Of a DNA stretch of 64,000 nt, positions 63,315-64,000 are shown piece after piece; the stretch's first letter is position 1; each line of letters begins with the position of its first letter. The notes below the pieces were generated by a model, which searched no databases, was not told the DNA's origin, and worked only from the letters and a program-made list of their open reading frames with translations. The DNA comes from Mustelus asterias (taxonomy: Eukaryota). The DNA lies in assembly GCF_964213995.1 (NCBI RefSeq), contig NW_027590151.1:310001-374000 (forward strand), in the 5' to 3' direction. A program made the position numbers and the translations under genes.

Positions 63315-63387
63315 TGTCTCTGTCCGCTCTGTAAAGGGGGAATCCGATATTTGAAGACACCCATTCTAATCCCCACCCTTAATAATC

Positions 63388-63420
63388 TGATGACGTGTCT
63401 CAGAATGCTCATGCGTCAGT
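63388..63420 (-). promoter_or_regulatory. CRE-like motifs in the putative V promoter
   Basis: TGACGT at 63391 and TGCGTCA at 63412, 77-100 nt upstream of the leader ATG. Confidence 0.4.
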
Positions 63421-64000
63421 TCCGTGTCTCGCCAGTGTCACCGTGAGATTGGTAACTGCTATGGTGACTGTCAGTAAATAGAAGCTCCCCAACTTGTACT
63501 CCGTTCGGTGTCCCTGTCGGGCGAATTGTTCCGCTTTGGAAACGGATGCCAAGAAAAAAAACCTTAATTTTGTTATTGGAACGGAGGAGTAAGGAGTGTT
63601 GATGGATTTGGTGGATTTCCAATCAATGTTCTGTGCACATTCTCTTAGCTTTAGCATCCGAGCATTAGTGCCTGTGACTCCAGTGAGAGCTCAGAGAACA
63701 GTGGAGGCTGTGGGCCACAGAATAATTTTAAAGCTGAGTGAAACCAAAATTTTAACTAAAGTGTATGTCACGGTTCAAGCAGATCAAGGCACAAAAGTGG
63801 ATTTAAACGGAAAATCAGATGAACTGTAATCTGATTGAATAGTAGAGCAGATTTTCAGGCAGCCTAATTTTTATGTTCGAATGTTCAGATATCGGTGGAT
63901 GGGCTGTGAATACCCTTGCAACCTTCGTTGTTTTACTAAAGGTACAGAGAAATCAATCAATGAAGTCCAGTTGCCTGTTCATTATTCCGGAGATAATGTA

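Overview
Repeat-rich eukaryotic DNA from a cartilaginous fish, most likely a shark (HE1-type and Deu-domain SINEs, CR1 LINEs, Penelope elements, NAR-TCR genes). Bases 1-19 kb hold a C2H2 zinc-finger gene cluster. From about 26.6 kb the window enters the V-segment region of a T-cell receptor alpha/delta locus; no TCR-delta D/J or constant region is visible. It contains two convergent NAR-TCR cassettes, each made of an IgNAR-like V, D/J and a leaderless supporting V-delta with a CDR1 cysteine. It also has one intact conventional TCR V, several V pseudogenes, a GPR139-like GPCR pseudogene and a tRNA-Arg pseudogene. Highlights: (1) the two NAR-TCR paralogues carry reciprocal RSS types (V-23/12-DJ versus VD-12/23-J), best explained by germline-fixed D-J and V-D joins; (2) seven tandem 23-RSS copies form two opposed arrays between the supporting V genes; (3) one RSS is inactivated by a 34-bp inverted self-duplication; (4) there is a SINE-Tx1 chimeric insertion and a Penelope copy ending at its predicted hammerhead cleavage site. 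All calls were made by eye without database searches; TE boundaries are approximate unless a TSD is given.
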